Shown here in pieces: positions 39,746 through 53,904 of a stretch of 64,000 nucleotides of DNA (positions within the stretch are counted from its first letter, which is position 1; each line of letters starts with the position of its first letter). Origin of the DNA: the human T2T-CHM13v2.0 reference genome, Homo sapiens; assembly GCF_009914755.1 (NCBI RefSeq), contig NC_060930.1; one strand, written 5' to 3'. The notes below the pieces were generated by a model. It was not told the DNA's origin, made no database searches, and saw only the letters and a program-made list of their open reading frames with translations. Both the position numbers and the translations under genes were made by a program.

Positions 39746-40789
39746 GTCAGAGAAAAGATCTGGGGCTCAAGGGCTGCTGTTCATTTTCTTTTGCCCCACA
39801 GGTATTCCCTTGATGTGGCACACTCCCCTTCCTCTAGGGATGGGGCTTCCTAAGAGCCAGAGTGCAGTGATTGTTATTTCTCTTCTGATTCTAGCCACCC
39901 CGTGGAGCTACCAGGCTCTGGGCTGGTACTGGGGAGTGTCTGCAAAGAGTCCTGTGATGTGATCCATCTTCAGGTGGATACCAGCACCTGCTCCAGTGGA
40001 GGTAGCAGAGGAGTGAGGTGGACTTTTTGTGGGAACTTTGTTGTAGTTTTGTTTAGTGTGCTGGTTTTCTCTAATGCTGGTTGTCCTGGCAGTAAAGTTG
40101 TCATGTAGACAGACTCAGGACCTCTGGTTATCCAGGATGTTACAGGCAGTAGAGTTAGCTGTTTTCTCCTTTCTTGGGACAAGGCTGTTCTTTTATGAGT
40201 TGCTGTAATGGTTTGTGTTGATTGGCCTCCAGCCAGGAGGTGGCGCTTTCAAGACAGCATCAGCTGTGGTAGTACAGGGAGGATACAAGCCTGCCCTAGG
40301 TTGGCCAGGTGATGGGTGAAGCCACAGAGCTTCAAAGAGATAATGTCTTTTGTCTTTGGCTACCAGGGCAGGTAGAGAAAGACCATCAGGTGGGGGCAGT
40401 GTTAGGCATGTCTGAGCTCAGACTCTCCTTGGGCAAGGCTTGCTGTGGCTGCTATAGGGGATGAGGGTGTTTTTCTCCAGCTGACAGAGTTATGTTTCCT
40501 GGGGGATTATGGCTGCCTCTGCTGCATCATACAGGTTGCCAGGGAAGTGGTGGAAAGTTGGCAGTGACAGGCCTCACCCAGCCCCTATGCAGCCAAAAAG
40601 GCCAGTCTCAATCCCCCTGTGCTCCCCCAACAGCACCAACTTTATATCCAGGCAGCCGGTGAGAAAACTTTTTTTTAAAAGATCATTTTTCCTCAATTTT
40701 AATATTTAAGAAAATATATTTATTTATAAAAAATATTTTTTAAAGAATAAAACATTTTTAAAGTCTTCAAGGCAAAACCAATAACAATG

Positions 40790-41360
40790 TATTGGCAAAA
40801 ATCATGATGCCAGAGTAGAGGGGCTAAATTAGCCCTAACTAAAGGATGTGGTGGGCCCACCATAACAAGCTTAAAAGAAAGTCTTAAAAAGATAAAACTG
40901 ATCCCAAGTAACTTAACTGCTAAAAAGGAAAAAAGTCGGTATTCATTAAAGAAATACAGTAAAATGAGCACTCAACAACGTAAAATTGACAATGGCTAAG
41001 ATTCAATCAAAAATCACAAAGCATGTAAAGAAACGAGAAGAGATTACCTATAACCAGGAGAAGAATCAATTACAGACTCAGAAATGCCAGAGATAATAGA
41101 ATGGGTAGAAGGACCTTAAAAGATTTAATATTGAAAGATTAAGATTTTAAAATCTTATTAACATGTTCAAAGATATAAAATAAAACATAAAGATAATGAT
41201 AAAAGAAATGGCAGATATGAAAAAGATCCAAATAGAACTTGTAGAGGTTAAAAAAAATCTGATATGAGAAATCCACATGGAACTTGTAGAGGTTAAAAAA
41301 AAATCTGATAGGAGAAATATAAATGATAAGATTAACAGCAGATTAGACACTGCAGACAAG
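40790..41360 (+). mobile_element. Old L1M 5'/ORF1 fragment
   Basis: Similar to 32450-33300 (aagtaactta.ctgc, aagcatgtaaagaa, ataaccaggag); ends gattaacagcagattagacactgcag. Confidence 0.65.
41226..41318. repeat. About 45-bp tandem duplication
   Basis: atccaaatagaacttgtagaggttaaaaaaaatctgatatgagaa repeats at 41271 with about 4 differences. Confidence 0.9.
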
Positions 41361-41830
41361 GGATTGACTGCAAAGGGTAATGAGAGCCTTTTGGAGGTCC
41401 ATGGAAATGTTCTATGTCTTAACTTGATTGTGGCAGTGATTACATGATTGTATACATTTATCAGGTCATCAGACTGTTCACTTAAAATAAATGAGTTATA
41501 CTGGGTGCAAAGTATACCTCAATAAAACTAGTTTTTAAATACTACAGCAAATGAAAGATGTCAGACTTAAAGGACTACATACTATAAGGGTCCAAATATA
41601 TGAAACTTCTTCACCTAATTTATAGTGACAGAAAGCAGACCAGTGGTTGCCTGGGGGCAGAGTGAGAGAACAGTAGGAGGATAACTGCAAAGGGATGATG
41701 GAAATACTCTATACATTCATTGACATGGTGATTACATGGGTGTATACATTTGCCAAACTCACCCAACTCTACACTTAAAATAGATGTGTTTTATTTTATG
41801 TAATTACACCCCAATAAAGTTGAGAGATAA
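41361..41830 (+). mobile_element. Two consecutive L1ME-type 3' ends
   Basis: atggaaat.ttctat...gtgattacatg..tgtatacattt...cacttaaaat...caataaa occurs twice (41361-41535, 41545-41830). Confidence 0.7.
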
Positions 41831-42242
41831 AGCAAAGAAATGGTTATATGTAAGTCTTCCTGTAAATGTGTGTTGGGGGGAGTTGGCATTTTTCTCAGCA
41901 GGTCTGGACTGGTCAAAGCATTTTAAAATTTCAACCAATAGTATTTGGACTGAAGACCCACTGTTCTATTCCTGGAAATTTCCCCTATACTGAGAATAGT
42001 TATTTAATACTCCAAGGAATATTAATGTGAGTTCAAAATGAAGATCACTGGTGTTCAAAAAACTTCATTAAAAGCAATAGTGGAACACCTTTACAAGCCT
42101 CTAAAAGGTAAGTTTAAATAGCAAGACTTTTAAAGGTAAAGGAAGGAGCAGCTACCTAGGTATTTTTTGACCTATTGGGCTTCTCAGTGTTGTTAGTGTC
42201 CCTGCTCGTAGTCATCTAGGGATCTAAGAAAGCCAGTATCAG

Positions 42243-42994
<752 letters not shown>

Positions 42995-43118
42995 ACGAGT
43001 AAATAAGAGGGGAATTACCTGTGTCTGGTGGGATCGTTCTATGCCCAGGTAAAAAATAAATATCCAATGTCACTAGCTCTTTTATTTCCAATTGATCAGT
43101 TATAAAATGTAATGGAAA

Positions 43119-43477
<359 letters not shown>

Positions 43478-44229
43478 CTAGGAATAACCTTAACAAAAGA
43501 CAAGTGTGCAACATATATTGATAAAACTCTACTAAAAGTCATTTTAAAAGATAAGAAAGAAACAGAGAAAAGTACATTTTTTTCTTGTATAAGAAAATTC
43601 AATCCTGATAAAGTGAGAGTGATTTTCCCTAAATGAGTCTATAAGTTTGATGTAGTCTAAATTGGAATTTGATTAAAAATAATACAAAGTTCATGCAGAA
43701 GAATGAACATAAAAAATAGGGAAATTAAAAAAAATGGAATGAAAGATGGACAGTGAGTTAGCCTTGTGCCACCAAATTTTGTAATATAAAGCTGTGGTCA
43801 TTTCTTGCAGGACTCTTTCTTCTTCCTAGGCTCTCTGCCCTGAGACTCAGACCCTCCGATGTGTTCACCTCCCCCCTTTCCTGCTATGTAGCAAATACCT
43901 GTTCATTTTGTCTCTCTCATACTGCTATAATCTCTTAATGGGACAATCTGTGCTTTTCAAGGTATGTCTTCAGTACCCAGCCTGCACAAACAATGCTTGT
44001 GCAAAGTGTTGAATGAAAGAATGATCATCAAGTGAATAAATAACCAACTCAAAGCCAAGCACAAAAATGGCTACAGTGGAGCTTAGTTCATTCCTTCCTT
44101 TGCGAGATCCTGGAGCCACTGTCATTATAATCTAAGCTGATACCAATACCATCAAATAGTAAATACTTATTTCCTGCAGATATGCCCCGTTTGCTCTGTG
44201 TGCAAAATTACACTTAAAATAATACAGGT

Positions 44230-44535
44230 GGCCGGGTGCTCATACCTGTAATCCCAGCACTTTGGGAGGCAAGGCAGGCCGATCACCTGAGGTCGGGAGT
44301 TGAAGACCAGGCTGGCCAATATGGTGAAATCCCATTTCAACTAAAAATACAAAAAATTAGCCAGGCGTGGTGGCGGGCACCTGAAATCCCAGCTACTCAG
44401 GAGGCTGAGGCAGGAGAATCACTTGAACCCAGGAGGTGGAGGTTGCAGCAAGCCAAGATCATGCCACTGCACTCCAGCCTGGGTGACAAGATCAAAACTC
44501 CATCTCAAAAGAAATGATAAAAATTAAAATTAAAA
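44230..44535 (+). mobile_element. AluSx-like
   Basis: Full dimer with a small 5' deletion; TSD taaaataataca. Confidence 0.92.
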
Positions 44536-47139
44536 TAAAATAATACATGCACTTGTAAACATGTCCACATATACATGATAACACTGCACATCAGATTACA
44601 TTCTTAAGTCTGCCCAGCAATGAAGACCTTTAAAGACCAGTGTCTCAGCTGCCTTTACAAGGAAGATGTTTTCAATACTGTCGTTGAGAAATGAAAGTCA
44701 GTGTCATGAGCTCTGTTTTTCCCTTGGGAAAGTCAAGGAAGGGCACTGCATTTACACCAGGATGTGTTGACAATGTCTAACTACATCGAATCTTATCTAC
44801 ACTAGCAGTAAATCCCCTCACCCATCGAGCTGGTAAGAGGGCCCGTTTCCTTCATCACTGCTGCCAGCCAAGGTTTCAGTCCTTCCGCTCCCCAAGAGAT
44901 TTCATTTCAGAACTGAGATGATAAAGTACTCAAATGGTGCAATCCAAGTCCCAAGGAATTTTAACAACAATAACCCCCTTTGCAAAGCAGGGGAGAGAAT
45001 GCCCTGTCCTGCTGTAAACTTCCTGGCGATTCTCATAGTCATTTGACCACCTGTGCCTGTACCCATTACCAGAAAGCAGGATTCACCCAGTTCATGAAAA
45101 CTTAAAGCTGGACTTAAAGCTATAAAACCCCCAAGCACATTTCATTTTGAGTTGTTAATACAGTCCCAGTCTACCACCTGATTACCGAGTAGGTTTTCAG
45201 TTTCAGCTTTTATCAGTGTAAAGCTCAGAGCTACAGAACGCCAACTGAGCAAATGATTTAATGAAAGCAGAATGAAGGCACAGGCTTGGCTACTACTAAA
45301 AGACACAGTGGAAGTTTGTTTTTTTGAGGAAGATATGTAAATCTGATGAACGAAAACTGTAGTTGAGTGCACCCCTGGAAATATAATGAAAACTGCCCCT
45401 CAGTTAGAAGCATCCATACACATTTTGGGTCTCTCAATACGTAGCTTTCAAATCCTTGCAATTTCAGGGCCTGTGTACTCCAACTCTAGATATGCCATTG
45501 ATTTGATCTGAATGCCATAATGAGAATTCAGTCTGTGGTCTTAAAACTTGGAGCTGGACTCTCTAAAGTCTGGACCTTTTAAAGAAAACAAGCTTTTTGG
45601 TGTTTATGTGTTTTCTTTGTTGCTTTGGCCTCAAGCTCCTCATAAAAGGGCTTGAAGAAAGTTTATAAAACATGCACAAATAATATGCATAATGTGCAGA
45701 AAAGGCCTTGAAAACATGCATACTGAAGAATGTCCATAAAATTTAGAGAAGCTTGTACCTTCTTAAATCTTCTTAACAATGCTACAAGGTAGGTACTGTT
45801 ATCACCATAACCATCCCCAAGATTCAAAAAGAAAATACTTGAGGAAAAGGCTGGCTGAGTTACCCCAAAGAAGGGAAAGGTAAAACTGCCCCAGTTTCCC
45901 TGGGGATGAAGACAAAACATCTCCTAGAAATCTCTTTGAGTCTGGTCTGCCTGGAAATAGCTGTTTCTGGGAAAAGCAATCAGGCTGAATCAAGAGTAAC
46001 ATACTAATTCCAAATCCTCACAATTACATGTTGAGAGCCTGCCTAGATATTCTGGGTGCCACCTTGCAATTGGCCAGTTGTGTTGCTGACAGCTCGGTCC
46101 ATATCAGGGAAAAGACACACTCTCAGTTGGCGCCTCTTACAGTCACATTAATCCTACTGAAGTGTGGTTCTGGAACACAGCCAGTCTACCCCACTGAGGC
46201 AAGGCTTGATGGAGCACAGGCTAGCATGGCTGCACCTGACCAGCTCAGGGGATGAAGGACGGAAGAAGCAGGACAGTTGAAATGTCTGTATGGTGAGTAT
46301 TCAGGCATCACTATTAACTAAAAAGACACATGGAGCCAGTAGCCCGTGGGATAGCTGTGGAAACACAGACAGGCACCTGGCTCAGAAGAGCTGACAGGGA
46401 TCCCAAATCGGCTCATTTTAAGTGTAAGTCATGCGGGCTTCAAGACAAAGATGCTAATCCATGAACACGAACAACCTTGGCTCACATAGAGTCATCAACC
46501 AAAAGACAGTTTTTATGCTTCCAGAGTGGTGATAGCAGCAAATATTCATAGCTCACCTAACTCTCCCAGCCTCAAATAAGACATAAGAAAAGTTCTAACA
46601 TAGTCCTTATCTGGAAGGAAGCGTGTCCAGCTAGCAAGGTAAAAGTAACCCTAACCAAACCAGGAGAAGATGTACCACAGCAGATTATGTCTAAACTCTA
46701 TTGCCCAAATAGTAATGGCCATAACCATTTTGAGGATGCAGAAATTCTTAAGGGTGAGCTGGACCCTCCAGGGTAAGCGATTTAAATTGAGACACAGGCA
46801 AGCATCTCATGTAGAAGGAACAACAAAAGCTGAGGCATGTAAAAAGAAAAGAGACTATTGGACATTGAAAATATTGAGAAAGTCAAACCATTCAGTGAAG
46901 ACAAGGGCCCCCAAACAAGAGATTTACACTTGATAATCAAACCAGAAATTTTCAAACAACTCAAAAATTTCTCCAAGTAGACATTGCAAAGAGTAATGAG
47001 AGCACTTGTAGAACATTGTCCTCCCCATCTGGCAGCCCCTACTCAAATATGTCTTAACCAGCGTATTCAGGTTTTGTCTGTTTTATGTGATTCCACGTGA
47101 GATTTTGTTTTAGAATAAGTTGCTTTAAAATATTTTTAA

Positions 47140-48065
47140 ACGTTATAGAGACCCTAACAAGGAGAACAAGCAGGATAAGCTACAAAATCATAGTTTTTTA
47201 AAAGACAAACATTTGCAGATCAATAAAAGTTGACTTAATTCATGTCCAGCAAGCCAGCACAACAAGAAATGTTAAAAAGTTTTTCAGGTCCAATGGAATT
47301 GATACCAGATGGAAGCATAGATCTGCTAGAAACAATAAAGGGTACCAGAAAGACATTTTAAAAAATCAAATACCTAGGAATAAATCTAAAACAATAGCTA
47401 GAAGTCCTCTACACTGAAAACTAAAGAATATTTGCTAAGAAAAATTAAACAAGCTGTACATAAATGAAGACTTATACCATGTTCATGGATTGGTAGACTA
47501 AATATAATTAAGAAGTCCATTTAGAGTCTCCCTCTTTTGGTCAAGATAGGGAAACATAATTTTCCTTCCCACCTGAAACAACTAAAAAACTAGACAAAAT
47601 ATATAAAACAACAGTTTTCAAGAAAATGGATATCAGGCAATGAAGAAAAATAATTCCTAAGAAAAAAGGAAAAAAATAAGTGAGTAAGGTGAGTCCTATG
47701 ATTGCTCCAGCATATAACCTTGTATTTCCAGACCATGACAGAGGGAGTGGTAATCTAGGTAGAGCCCAGCAGATTCCTTAAGTTAAGGAGATGAAGTTGA
47801 TATTCTGGGGAGATCAAGGCAGCTAGAGTTCACAGGGCAGAATACGGGAAAGGAGAGAGCAGCACAGAAAGAAAACTCCAAAAATCTGAGGTGATCCCTT
47901 TTGAGTATATATACCAATTTTTTTTTTTCGGTCTACTATTTGTCTTTTGAATGACAAAAGACAAACAATTTTTTAACAATGTATATAATCAAATATGTCT
48001 CTCCTTTCCTTTATGACTTCTGGGTTTGCTGTCTTGCTTAAAAAGTCTACTTCATTTCAAGACAT
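47140..48065. mobile_element. Mosaic of old L1M fragments (ORF1/ORF2 pieces, a 5' UTR piece 47525-47910, an antisense piece 47920-48065)
   Basis: aaatacctaggaataaatcta..ctctacactgaaaacta..ccatgttcatggattgg (KYLGINL, CSWIG-like); the 5' piece resembles 31870-32250. Confidence 0.65.
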
Positions 48066-48200
48066 TTTATTTTATGAACTTGGCTCATCATTTTAAGGGC
48101 ATATTCTTTTGGGGGGCCTACAGTACTAGACATAACAACCTTAAAGACAGCAAGAGCAGGAAAGGAATATTTTCAAAAAACTATGCCTGCAGGTGGGGAA

Positions 48201-48458
48201 CAGTTTAGTTATACAGTGGTTAAGAGCTGTAGAGTCAGATGGTCCTGGAGAAGAGTTCCACTTCCTGAGTGAGAATCCTGGGTGAATAACTCTGCGGCCT
48301 TTAGGCAAGTTACTTAACCTCCTCTGTCAAAAGGGAGATATTAGTAGCTACTTCATATGCTTATGATAACTAACAACAATGCATGTAAAGCATTTAGCAT
48401 AGGGCTTAGCACACAGTGAGTGTTCAGTAAGTAATGACTTTTATTACTACTATTACTA
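48201..48458 (+). mobile_element. MIR
   Basis: cagtggttaagagc..tagagtcaga..ggcaagttacttaacctc..atgtaaagcatttagcatag. Confidence 0.8.
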
Positions 48459-48477
48459 GCATAGAAAAACTAGGAGA

Positions 48478-48775
<298 letters not shown>

Positions 48776-49289
48776 AGAAAAACTAGGAGAGAATTTTAGG
48801 AAGATAGGCTGGGGTTAGACAGTTTGAACTTCGATCTGTCAAGGTTGGAAAACAATGGAAGGTTTACTAGCCAAGGAGTAATATGAGATAGGAAGTATTT
48901 AATAAAAATCCATCTCTCTTTAAGGATCTATGGTATCCTTAAAAGGCCATATTTATATTGACTTATGTATCTTTTTATCTGAAAATCCTATCTCAGAAAA
49001 AAAAGCACTTCTTAAACACCGTTACACTTTAAAACTTCTTGTGATTTGATCAGATAATGATTATTTCATCAATCTACATCTTATCTTAGGTGAAGATTCT
49101 TGTTCCATAATCAAAAACATATTAAATCTTAAAACTCTATAATTTGATTTTTCTATGTTCTTATTTGTAGGGCAGTAGAAATTATTAATCAGCTAAGAAC
49201 AACTGAGTGGTCATCTCCTTGGCTTTCACTACATACCTACAGGCAGATAGAATGTCACCTTCCAGCAGAATGTGTCTGCCCTCTGCATC

Positions 49290-49710
49290 TGTTATGGACT
49301 GAATATTGTGTCCCCGCAAAATTCATTTGTTCAAGCCCTAACTCCCAGTGTGACTATATTTGGAAATCGAGCCTTTAAGAAAAATATTTAAGCTTAAATG
49401 AGGTCATAAGGGTGGGGCCCTAATTCGATAGGATTAGTGTCCTTATAAATAGAGACACCACACAGCTCTCTCTCTCTCTCTTTTTTCCCTTTTGCTCTCT
49501 CTCAGAGCATGCATGGAGGAAACACCATGTCAGCACACAGCTATGTGGTGGCCACCTATAAGCCAAGAGAAGAGGCCTCAGAATGAAACCAAATTTACTG
49601 GCACCTTAATCTTGGACTTTCAGCCCCCAGAACTATGAGAAAATAAATGTCTATTGTTTCAGCCACCCAGTCTGGGTATTTTGTGAAGGTAGCCTCAGCA
49701 CACTGAGACA
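49290..49710 (+). mobile_element. MLT1A-type (MaLR) solo LTR
   Basis: TGTTATGGACTGAAT...CACTGAGACA; perfect TSD GCATC. Confidence 0.9.
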
Positions 49711-50142
49711 GCATCTGATCAAGTACTGACATCCAGAGTCAAACTCTCATTCTATGTTAGATACTAGGATATTTTAATCCAAATTAAAGTTATTTTAAAA
49801 GATAAGATTTCTGTTTCTCCATTCTTTCCAAACCAAGGTTGCCCTTGTCTCCAAGGAAGGGATCTCTGGAGCCCACAAGCTGAGGCAGGGTGGAGGAGCA
49901 CCCTTTCTTCCCATTCGGCAGGGTGCTAGGTCCCTCCTGAGAGAAGCATGGGAGAATGTAGATCTAGAAGCCACGTGGCTGAGTAAATCAAATACTCATG
50001 AGAGTTATAAAGCACAAAGAAATATCAATTTCAATTTTTATCCATATCATGAACTCGCAGTTACAGTGTCTTCCTAAAGAAATGACATGGCTTAACTCAT
50101 AAGCTCCTCTTCCCACCTGCCATTCTCCTTGTTTGGGGTTAC

Positions 50143-50672
50143 TGTTGAGAGACTGAATGTATCATCAGACAACAGCCAGACTGTATATAAAAACAGGTCT
50201 CTAACCCACAACCTGCTCAGGAAATCAAACCCCTTATCTCCAATAAACAACCCAGGAAGCCAGCCTGCTGTAAGTCTGACTTGGGAAGCCAGATTGCTAT
50301 CTCTTTAAACAATCCAAAAAGGTAAATAATAACTTCTGTAACAATCAGCCCCAAGTGCCCAGGACTTGATTAATAATAGATAACTTCCCTAATTTTTGTC
50401 CCCACTTCCAATTTAGGACCAACCAGGGAATGCCCTAGCCAATCACATGAGTGATTGGCTCCTAGATAGCCCACCTGCAGCTCCCCCTACCAACAGCCTT
50501 CAATTGGGGCACATGGGAAGCTTCTCTGTTTTCCACTAAATGCCTTCCCAGTCCTCTGCCTGCCTTTGATTCTCTGCCAAATGCAGTGACACTGGCTGAC
50601 TCCTTCGCAATTGCAATCTCTGAATAAATAGCCTCTGCATTTCTCATTTAGTTGGTTTTTGTTCATTTCCAG
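50143..50672 (+). mobile_element. MER89/MER90-like ERV1 LTR
   Basis: TGTTGAGAGACTGAATG..ctctaacccacaacc..caggaagccag..tctgaataaatagcc; subfamily from memory. Confidence 0.65.
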
Positions 50673-50831
50673 TGTCTTTTCATCTATTCCCTAGAAGATT
50701 GAAAAGATTTTTTTCCCTAATTGCATCTTGAAACATTTTCTTTCATATTTATGAGGCAGATATTGCTTTTTTCCACAATTATAAATTAAAGGGCATATTC
50801 CATCCTTTTGACAAATGTGAACTTAAAAAAA

Positions 50832-50937
50832 TTTTTTTTTATTTTACTTTAAGTTCTGGGATACAAGTGCAGAACGTGTAGGTTTGTTACATAGTTATAT
50901 GTCTGCCACAGTGGTTTGCTGCACTTATCCACCCATC
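50832..50937 (-). mobile_element. L1PA 3' end, about 105 bp (severely 5'-truncated)
   Basis: ttattttactttaagttctgggatac..gtgcagaacgtg.aggtttgttacatag; TSD aaatgtgaactt/aaatgtgtactt. Confidence 0.9.
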
Positions 50938-52522
50938 AAATGTGTACTTTAAAGATAGCCCAGAGGTTCCAGGTCCCAGAGTGATAGTTCTAGGCCAGCG
51001 ATGTGCACACAGGGCCCCTGACCACCTCCCTGTTCTACCCCAGATCCACGTCATTTTTTGAAAAGTATTGGTAGTGACTTCCCCGGTAAGCCTGAGTTCC
51101 CAGATCCGACCCTGGCACCCGCAGCTCCCTGTCTTCACTGTGCCATTGCTCGTTAAGCTGCGCTGGTTGCCTGACCCCCCAGGTGTCCCCCCTGGGGACT
51201 GGGCACACAGTCTAGGTACTTGTTTTGCTCAAGCCAATGAAAAAGGCATGAGGAACACTTCAAAGGAAGCTTTCAAACTGCTGATCTTGGCAGTTCTGCT
51301 GTTTTCAAAGACAACAGAACAGTGGGAAGGAGGAAGATTTCATTTCCCTGGAGCTTCTCTGCTTAGCTCTGGAAACAATAGTAACCAAGTGCATTTTGGG
51401 AGGAATCATTTGAACCAGGTCCTTATCTTCATTGCTTGGAATAAGGTTTTATAAAAAACAAAACATCAACAACAACAAGAAAACTCCCCACTTAATTCAA
51501 ACGCCACATTCATTTTCGTCTGGTTTGTTTCTCATCAATAAAAATGCATAATTAACTCCCTGAAGTTAGGCATTGCTAATGAATAGAAATCCATTTCAAT
51601 GAATTCATAACCTGTGGGATTTCTGATGTAACCCTGTAATCTACTTCATTGACAAATTTTAAATGACTTGATGGAAGAAAATGAAGGTCCTAAGCTGCTG
51701 TTTGATGCTCAGTAGCTTGTTTCTTTTGTTAGTAGGTAGGGAGGCGGACTTCTCAGGCTTTACTATGGCTTACCCTAGGAGGACAACAGCACTCAACATA
51801 GGCTCAACAAAGCATCATATTTTTAATCCATCAGCAGTTTTCCAGAAGAATGTTGCTCATAATTAAATAACTTAAAGTAACAGAGAGTTAGCAAGAGAGG
51901 AGTCAACACAGGCACAATCTACCCGTCTATCCTCACCCATCTTTAGATATTGGTCAGCAGCTGTCATGGACTGGAGACTCCTGGGACCAATGGCCAATGA
52001 CTGTGAGGATTGGAAACTGCAGTTCCTTGCTTTGTGTGTAGCTCTCTCCTCTGACTTGAGAATGCTGTTTAAAACGGTCTAGGTATAGTTCTAAACAGCT
52101 GACTCATCATTAAGGACAGGTGTCTGCAGAGAAGTCAGCAAGTGCAATTAATGTTAAAAATAAGATAACCTTTCAAAATACTACCCATGCACTACACCTG
52201 GCGTGTGGAAAAGAGGGGGCAGTCAATATCCCCTACATGGCCTACTGTTAGCCAGCCGAGCATACACAGAGTATAGGAAAAATACGTAAAACAGATCTTT
52301 ATTTTGAATTTGAACCATGCATTCTATTATGGGTCCTACTCCAGGTGTTGTCCCATTGTATTCCAGGTGCCTTTCCCAGTTTCCCAGGGTGCAGGCCTGG
52401 TAATTGATTCTCTGAGTGACCATGTGGTCACTCCCTTGTAGCCAGTTGCCCTCTCTGACTCTGACCTTCCACCCATCCTCCGTTTCCTTCGATCCTCCAG
52501 ACCTTGGAATCTCTTCTCCTCC

Positions 52523-52868
52523 TGGCAAGGACTCCTGTCTTGGATGAACTTTAGTCAGGCTCCTCTGAGCCCACAGCTAGGCCTCATCCTTAGTCCTGGC
52601 CTTGGCCTGCTGAGCCCAGTTTTAGAAAAAAAAAAAAAAAAAAAGAAGTCCTGCTAAGGCAGCTTATCCAAAATCCCACCCTTGATATCTAACCAAGTTC
52701 CTCTTGGTAACTTTCCATTTCACCTCCTCAGCTGCCTGTTGGCTATACACCTCCTCTTGTTTCTGTTGTATCTAGAGTTGAGTTCAACTTCTCTCCCCTA
52801 TTACAGTAGTGTTGAAGAAAGCCTTCCTTGCCATTTTTAACAAATGTCAGAATAATTTCTCTTTAACC
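52523..52868 (+). mobile_element. MER31 (ERV1) LTR
   Basis: aactttagtcaggctcctctgagccc...agagttgagttcaa..ctctcccctatt..ttaacaaatgtcagaataattt. Confidence 0.8.
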
Positions 52869-53339
52869 CTTCTCAGACCCAGGGCCCCACCTCTTCTGCA
52901 CCTGGAGTTCTCTTTGTCTTTAAGTGCTCGTCTCCTTCTTCAGATTAACACCCACTGCCAGGTGCTGGGGCATTGAATCCTGAGTGCTGGAAGAGAAGAT
53001 AAAGGAAAAGCAGCCTTCTCAGCAGTCTGTTTTCAGGGCTGGGAAGGTGGGATAATCACAGCTTTCCCTACTCCTAAGTTAACGGTTCTGTGGCATCTCC
53101 CTTCCTTTTGCTAAGCGTAGCTGTCTTCTTAGTAAACCTGGTCTGGAACCCCAGGAGAAAAACAGGGGAAGAAAAAAAAAAAAGCAAGCCCTCATTTGTG
53201 ATATCGGAAGAACTGAAAAACCTTACTCCCTGTCCACCACAAAAGAATTATCCTGTATATGGAATTAGAAATAATTAATGTGATTTGAAACTGGTACAAA
53301 GCAAACAATCAAAAGGCTCTGCTGAATTACTGGTGCCGT

Positions 53340-53525
53340 GTGGAAATAAATGGGTTTGGAGTCAGATGGGCCTGAATTTAAAGCCTGCCTCCCCCATCTA
53401 GCTTGTCAGGACCTCAAGCAAGCAGGTTAACGCTGGAGCCCAGATGCCTTGTCTGTAAAAATCTCTTATCTCACAAGGTCAGTAAGAGGAATAGATGAGC
53501 ATCTAACACCATGCTTAGTGCAGGG
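53340..53525 (+). mobile_element. MIR
   Basis: ggtttggagtcaga...gtctgtaaaa...tatctcacaagg. Confidence 0.6.
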
Positions 53526-53904
53526 TTATTTTTTAAAGGTTCATTTTCACTTCCTGACTCTCACTCTGTATGAGAGACAACGGTTTGGAGACTAGAAAAA
53601 TATATCGTTCAAAACGTGCGTGATTTTTTTAATCTTCCATGCTTTGATTTTGTGATTTATCTGATGCTAACATTATCATTTAAGAAATCACAATATTTTT
53701 GTATGTCTTTTAATATTTTATAAGGCAATTCTATTTCTTTCAGTGTAAAATATAGGGACATTTTAAAACATAGTTTTATTTTTTCTGAGCTAACATGTTT
53801 TTAGACAGAATGAAGTTACAGTGCCACAATGAGTGAGAGGAAAATAAGAAATTTAGTAGAATGTAAAGTGATAAAACAGTAAACTAAATGTTTACATTTA
53901 AGTT

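Larger units (their letters stand above)
34145..40663 (-). mobile_element. L1PB1/L1PBa LINE-1, near full length and inactive
   Basis: L1PB1-type 3' end (ttttggggaataggtggtgtttggttacatggataagttc), ORF2 and ORF1 peptide remnants on the minus strand, GC-richer 5' UTR at 39.75-40.66 kb. Confidence 0.92.

Noticed and set aside
52414-52433. Palindrome gagtgacca-tg-tggtcactc
   Set aside because: 9-bp arms are expected by chance about once or more in 64 kb.
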